Source of the DNA: Pseudomonadota bacterium
GTDB lineage: Bacteria > Desulfobacterota > Binatia > Binatales > Binataceae
Direction: 5' to 3'
DNA: 64,000 nucleotides
Assembly (NCBI GenBank): GCA_021324455.1
Contig: JAJPJA010000039.1
Location: forward strand, 35,594-99,593
A model generated the notes under the pieces. That model saw only the letters and a list, made by a program, of their open reading frames with translations, had not been told where the DNA came from and did not search any database. Both the position numbers and the translations under genes were made by a program. Each line of letters begins with the position of its first letter. The first letter of the stretch is position 1. Positions 60,027 to 64,000 of this stretch are shown here, one piece after another.

Positions 60027-60386
60027 ATGCCCTTAACCATCGAAGAACTGTTTCAGCAGGGCATCGAACTGTTCAACTCGGAGCGTTTCTTTGAATGCCA
60101 TGAGGCGTGGGAAGCGGCGTGGCTGCGCAGCAACGCTGAAGAAAAGCTCTTCTACCAGGGAATGATCCAGGCGGCGGCCGCCGTCCTGCACGCGCAGCGC
60201 GGCAATCCGGCCGGCAGCCGCGGTTTATGGGGCAAGGCACTCGAAAAGCTGGCGCCGTTGCCGGCTCAGTTCAGGTCGATTGCGCTGGAAGAATTGCGCC
60301 GCGACTTGACGCAATACTTCGCTCAGCTGCTCGAGCGCGGCAGCGCCCCGGATCATCCGCCGAAGATTCGCCGCCTGGATTCGTGA
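60027..60386 (+). CDS. DUF309 domain protein
   Basis: FNSERFFECHEAWEAAWL is the DUF309 signature. Confidence 0.6.
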   Translation: MPLTIEELFQQGIELFNSERFFECHEAWEAAWLRSNAEEKLFYQGMIQAAAAVLHAQRGNPAGSRGLWGKALEKLAPLPAQFRSIALEELRRDLTQYFAQLLERGSAPDHPPKIRRLDS

Positions 60387-60607
60387 ACCTTCACGGACAA
60401 TGACCTCCCCCGCGCTGGTCCGCGGCGCCGGAAAAGTGGAGCGCCGCTGCCGGCTAATCGTACCCGGCATCCTCGGCTCTGCTCTAACCGTGTCAGCCGC
60501 GCTCACCCGGTCCCCTTCCACACAAGGATGCGGGAGAGGGGCCGGGCTATTGTGGGAAAGAAAACCCAGCCGGGAACCGGCGATCGCGGGAGAGGAGCGG
60601 GATAAGA

Positions 60608-62389
60608 TTACGCCTCCGCTTCCGAACCGATGTAGCCTTCGCGTTCCAGATGCAGAATTATCTGCTGCGCGGCTTCGTCGGGGCTCACCTCGGTGGTGTC
60701 GATGACGATTTCGGCGTCCTGCGGCGATTCGTACGGATCGGAAATTCCGGTGAACTCCTTGACGATGCCGGCGCGCGCCTTGGCATACAGACCCTTGCGG
60801 TCGCGGCCCTCGCAAATCTCCAGCGGCGTGGCGACATGCACCAGCACGAATCCTCCGCCCTGCTCGACCATCGCGCGCACTTCCTTGCGCACGCTGTCGT
60901 AGGGCGCAATCGGGGCGCAAATCGCGATACCGCCATTCTTGCTGATTTCCGAGGCGACGAATCCGATGCGCCGGATGTTGATATCGCGATGCTCCTTGGA
61001 GAAGCCCAGCTCGGAGGACAGATGCTTGCGCACCAAATCGCCGTCGAGCAGCGTGACCGGGCGGCCGCCGATTTCCAAAAACTTGACCAGCAGCGCGTTG
61101 GCGATGGTTGACTTGCCCGACCCGGACAAGCCGGTGAAGAACACCGTGAAGCCCTGCTTATGCCGCGGCGGATAGCTTCGCTTCAGTTCCCTGGCCACTT
61201 CGGGGAAGGTGAACCAATGCGGGATCTCGCGCCCTTCGTTCAATCGCCGCCGAAGTTCCGTGCCCGAAATGTTCAGTTCGCGCATTCCCTTGGGAATTTC
61301 GTCTTCGGGCACGAACGTGTCCAGCTCCTCGATGTACACCATCATGCGGAAGGGAACGACGCCGACGCCGATTTCTTCCTGATGCTTGAGCAGCAGTTCC
61401 TGCGCATCATAAGGGCCATAGAACGGCCGGCCGCTGGAATCGCTGCCGGGACCGGCGTGGTCGCGCCCGATGATGAAGTCGGTGCAGCCGTAATTCTTGC
61501 GGATCAGAGCATGCCACACCGCCTCGCGCGGCCCGCCCATCCGCATCGCCAGCGGCAGCAGCGCCAGCTTCACCGTGCCGTGCGGATAATGCGGCAGCAG
61601 CGCCTGGTAGCATCTGACCCTGGTGTAGTGATCCACGTCACCCGGTTTGGTCATGCCGACCACCGGCTGGATGAGCAGATTGGCCTCGACGCTTTTGGCC
61701 GCGCGCAGGGTGAGTTCCTGGTGCGCGCGATGCATCGGGTTGCGGGTCTGGAAGGCGACAATCCGCCGCCATCCCAGACGCAGAAACTCGGCGCGCAGCT
61801 CGGCAGGCGTCAGCCGCAGCGCTTTGTAGTCGTAGTGGATCGGCAGTTCCAGAACTTCGAGCCGCCCGCCGATGTAGCATGGATGGCTGCGCTGCAGCAG
61901 ATGCGCCACGCCAGGATGCTCGACGTTGGTGGTGCGAAACACCGCCTGCGCTTCGGCCGCCAAATCCGGCTTCCAGATGTCTTCGACGTGAAGCACCGCG
62001 ACCATTACGCCCTCGGGATCGCGCAGCGCCAGCACGCTGCCGCGGCTGAGTCTGGCGGCCAGCTCTTGCGCAACGTCCAGATTTATCGGCATCGGCCACA
62101 ATGTGCCGTCCGCCAGACGCATCTGCGAGCAGACCGAATCGTAGTCGGCGCGGCCCAGAAATCCGCGCAGGGGCGAGAAGCCCCCGTTGGCCAGCAGTTC
62201 CAGGTCGCACAGCTGTCTGGGGGTCAAATCCCACGAAGGCCAATCCTTCGAAGCTGCTTTCAATTCGGCGGCCCGATCGGGCCCGACGATAAGACTGACC
62301 AGGCTGCCGCCATGCGGGGCGATTAACGTATGCGCCATGAATTTCCTCTGCGGTCGTGATTCATCGGGGATCCGCAGCCGCGGATACAC
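60608..62389 (-). CDS. sat: bifunctional sulfate adenylyltransferase (ATP sulfurylase) / adenylylsulfate kinase
   Basis: N-terminal PUA-like and ATP-sulfurylase domains (QTRNPMHRAHQELT, GRDHAGPG). C-terminal APS kinase with P-loop GLSGSGKSTIANAL. Confidence 0.88.
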   Translation of the reverse strand: MYPRLRIPDESRPQRKFMAHTLIAPHGGSLVSLIVGPDRAAELKAASKDWPSWDLTPRQLCDLELLANGGFSPLRGFLGRADYDSVCSQMRLADGTLWPMPINLDVAQELAARLSRGSVLALRDPEGVMVAVLHVEDIWKPDLAAEAQAVFRTTNVEHPGVAHLLQRSHPCYIGGRLEVLELPIHYDYKALRLTPAELRAEFLRLGWRRIVAFQTRNPMHRAHQELTLRAAKSVEANLLIQPVVGMTKPGDVDHYTRVRCYQALLPHYPHGTVKLALLPLAMRMGGPREAVWHALIRKNYGCTDFIIGRDHAGPGSDSSGRPFYGPYDAQELLLKHQEEIGVGVVPFRMMVYIEELDTFVPEDEIPKGMRELNISGTELRRRLNEGREIPHWFTFPEVARELKRSYPPRHKQGFTVFFTGLSGSGKSTIANALLVKFLEIGGRPVTLLDGDLVRKHLSSELGFSKEHRDINIRRIGFVASEISKNGGIAICAPIAPYDSVRKEVRAMVEQGGGFVLVHVATPLEICEGRDRKGLYAKARAGIVKEFTGISDPYESPQDAEIVIDTTEVSPDEAAQQIILHLEREGYIGSEAEA

Positions 62390-62469
62390 CTGAAGCTGGC
62401 GCGATTTTACCCTTAATCGCTACCCCAAACGAGACGCGCGCCCGCTCTCCAGCGCCTGCTCCCTGCCCC

Positions 62470-63474
62470 TCACGACCACGGATCGAGCATCACCTTGGAC
62501 TGGATGCCCGGCTGGCGCATCGACTCGAACGTGGCGGGAAATTCATCAAAGCCGACGGTCTGCGTAATCATTGCCGGCAGCGGGCTTTCGCCCAGCGTCT
62601 GTGCGGCGAGCGCATAGTCGCGGACGTCATACACCATTGAGAACTGGATGCGTACTTCCTTGAACAAACCAACCGCCGGGACCATCCCTTCGTCGGGCAG
62701 CGTGCAGAAGCCCAGCGATACGATCGTGCCGCGTTTGGCGACGCAGTTGAGCGCGGTCCCCAGGATGCCCTGTTTGCCGACCGCTTCGAAGACGATTTCC
62801 GGCGCCTGACCCAGCGCGTCGGCGCATTCGGCGGCCAGATTGGGACCGGCGGTCATAAAAGCGGTCGCGCCCATTTTCATCGCGAGGTCGGCATGCCGCG
62901 TGGAGCTGGCCGCGACCGCGATCGGACCCGCGCCCAGCCGCCGCGCCCAGAAAATCGCGCCCAGCGCGATTGGACCGGCGCCGATCACCAGCACGCGCGC
63001 GTCCGGCCTCATCCCGGCCAGCCGCACGCCATGCAGGCCCACCGCGACCGGCTCGATCAGCGCGGCGTCATTCAACGAGACGTTCTCCGGCAGCCTGACC
63101 GTGGCCAGATGGCCGCCCTTGCCGTACTGGGCAAAGCCGCCCGATCCGCCGAGCCATCCGGCACACCACATGGGCTCGCCCTTGAGGCAATCGGGACAGG
63201 CGCCGCAGGGCACGAACGACATCGGCGCGACGAGGTCGCCCGGTTTGAAATTGGTCACGGCGGATCCGATCGCGACGACTTCACCGGACATCTCATGGCC
63301 GAGCACGGAGCCCGGCGGCCATTGATCGCCCACCCCGCTGCTCATCGCGAGATCGGTCGCGCACACGCCGCATCGCGCCACCTTCAGCACGATCTCGGTC
63401 GGACCGGGAGTGGGATCGGGCACTGTTTGGATCGAGAGCGGTTGTCCCGCCGCTGTGAATACCGCCGCCTTCAT
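62470..63474 (-). CDS. zinc-dependent alcohol dehydrogenase family oxidoreductase
   Basis: Catalytic-zinc context CGVCATDL ... GHEMSGEV, structural zinc CGACPDCLKGEPMWC, and Rossmann loop LVIGAGPIALGAI. Confidence 0.85.
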   Translation of the reverse strand: MKAAVFTAAGQPLSIQTVPDPTPGPTEIVLKVARCGVCATDLAMSSGVGDQWPPGSVLGHEMSGEVVAIGSAVTNFKPGDLVAPMSFVPCGACPDCLKGEPMWCAGWLGGSGGFAQYGKGGHLATVRLPENVSLNDAALIEPVAVGLHGVRLAGMRPDARVLVIGAGPIALGAIFWARRLGAGPIAVAASSTRHADLAMKMGATAFMTAGPNLAAECADALGQAPEIVFEAVGKQGILGTALNCVAKRGTIVSLGFCTLPDEGMVPAVGLFKEVRIQFSMVYDVRDYALAAQTLGESPLPAMITQTVGFDEFPATFESMRQPGIQSKVMLDPWS

Positions 63475-63686
63475 CGTTATCGCTCCTGAACCGGACAGTG
63501 GTTTGCCTACCGCGTTGCGGCGCGGAAAACAATACGGTGGTCTGGTGCGTTGCGGGCGGGCTAATATCTGCCGCTATGTCCGAGGCAGGCGCGCCGCAAT
63601 CATGCAGAGCGGACCGCAGTTCAGCGGGCGCGCCGGCGCGATCCGACGCGGCGTTGCGCGGCGTGGATTCCGCCCATGGATGGATC

Positions 63687-64000
63687 ATGGCGGCGGCGGC
63701 GTTCTTCGCCTGCTTCGTCGTTTACGGAGTGCAGTACAGCTTCGGCGCGTTCTTCAAATCGATTGCCGCCGATTTGGGGGCAGGGCGCGCCGACACAGCC
63801 GGCATTTTTTCCGTCAACATGTTTGTCGGCAACCTGTTCGGCGCCGCCGCCGGATACCTGGCCGATCGCTTCGGCCCCCGGCCCCTGCTGGCGCTGGCCT
63901 CGATCGCGGCCGGCGCCGGCCTGGTGCTGACCGCGCGCATCGACCGGCTCTGGATGGGCTATCTGACCTACGGCGTCTGCATCGGGATTGCCGCCGGCAG
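63687..64000 (+). CDS. MFS transporter, 5' part (runs off the window end; start uncertain)
   Basis: Read manually in frame 3: MAAAAFFACFVVYGVQYSFGAFFKSIAADLGAGRADTAGIFSVNMFVGNLFGAAAGYLADRFGPRPLLALASIAAGAGLVLTARIDRLWMGYLTYGVCIGIAAG. This is the typical MFS TM1-TM4 pattern, including a GxLaDRxGxR-like motif. Alternative in-frame starts are GTG at 63663 and TTG at 63654. Absent from the ORF track because no stop is reached. Confidence 0.5.
   Translation, partial: MAAAAFFACFVVYGVQYSFGAFFKSIAADLGAGRADTAGIFSVNMFVGNLFGAAAGYLADRFGPRPLLALASIAAGAGLVLTARIDRLWMGYLTYGVCIGIAAG

Noticed and set aside
61160-62326. 388-aa + strand ORF antisense to sat/cysC
   Set aside because: Shadow ORF.

Overview
This window is a high-GC (about 65-68%) bacterial chromosomal segment carrying roughly 55 protein-coding genes. 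I found no rRNA, tRNA, CRISPR array or clear mobile element. The content falls into six parts. (1) Coordinates 55-1845 hold a three-gene cassette ending at a strong terminator: an unknown 181-aa protein, a zinc-ribbon membrane protein, and an unusual secreted His/Gly/Tyr-rich and Met/Gln/Asn-rich low-complexity protein. (2) Coordinates 1951-16200 are acyl-CoA and redox metabolism. They include a large FAD plus Fe-S oxidase and a MaoC - acyl-CoA dehydrogenase - MaoC - CitE/HpcH-like lyase cluster, which I read as a candidate branched-acyl or C5-dicarboxyl-CoA route. A GT39 glycosyltransferase, an AKR, an SDR and an NTF2-like gene follow. (3) Coordinates 16300-27147 hold envelope and secretion genes: a DUF1329 protein, ilvB, a signal peptide-vWA-TM-FHA protein, two start/stop-overlapping secreted proteins (one with DUF4382 plus CarboxypepD_reg-like repeats, possibly lipoproteins), and an orphan HlyD/EmrA-type fusion protein. 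(4) Coordinates 27230-43198 look like a catabolic island: aconitase, a P450, a VOC protein, an inositol monophosphatase family protein, a frameshifted arylsulfatase, a D-aminoacylase, and four paralogous amidohydrolase-2 genes. Two of those are long-form tandem paralogs flanking a small secreted protein. (5) Coordinates 43639-55799 are a housekeeping run joined by overlapping start/stop codons: mobA, an orphan ImmA/IrrE-like peptidase with palindromic upstream DNA, then mutS-amiC-glnD-xerD-M50 protease-scpA-scpB. (6) Coordinates 55867-64000 carry a BNR/Asp-box protein, two SDRs, a DUF309 protein, a bifunctional ATP-sulfurylase/APS kinase, a Zn-ADH, and a partial MFS transporter that the ORF track missed. 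Many long ORFs on the opposite strand or in alternate frames are high-GC shadow ORFs; I rejected them.
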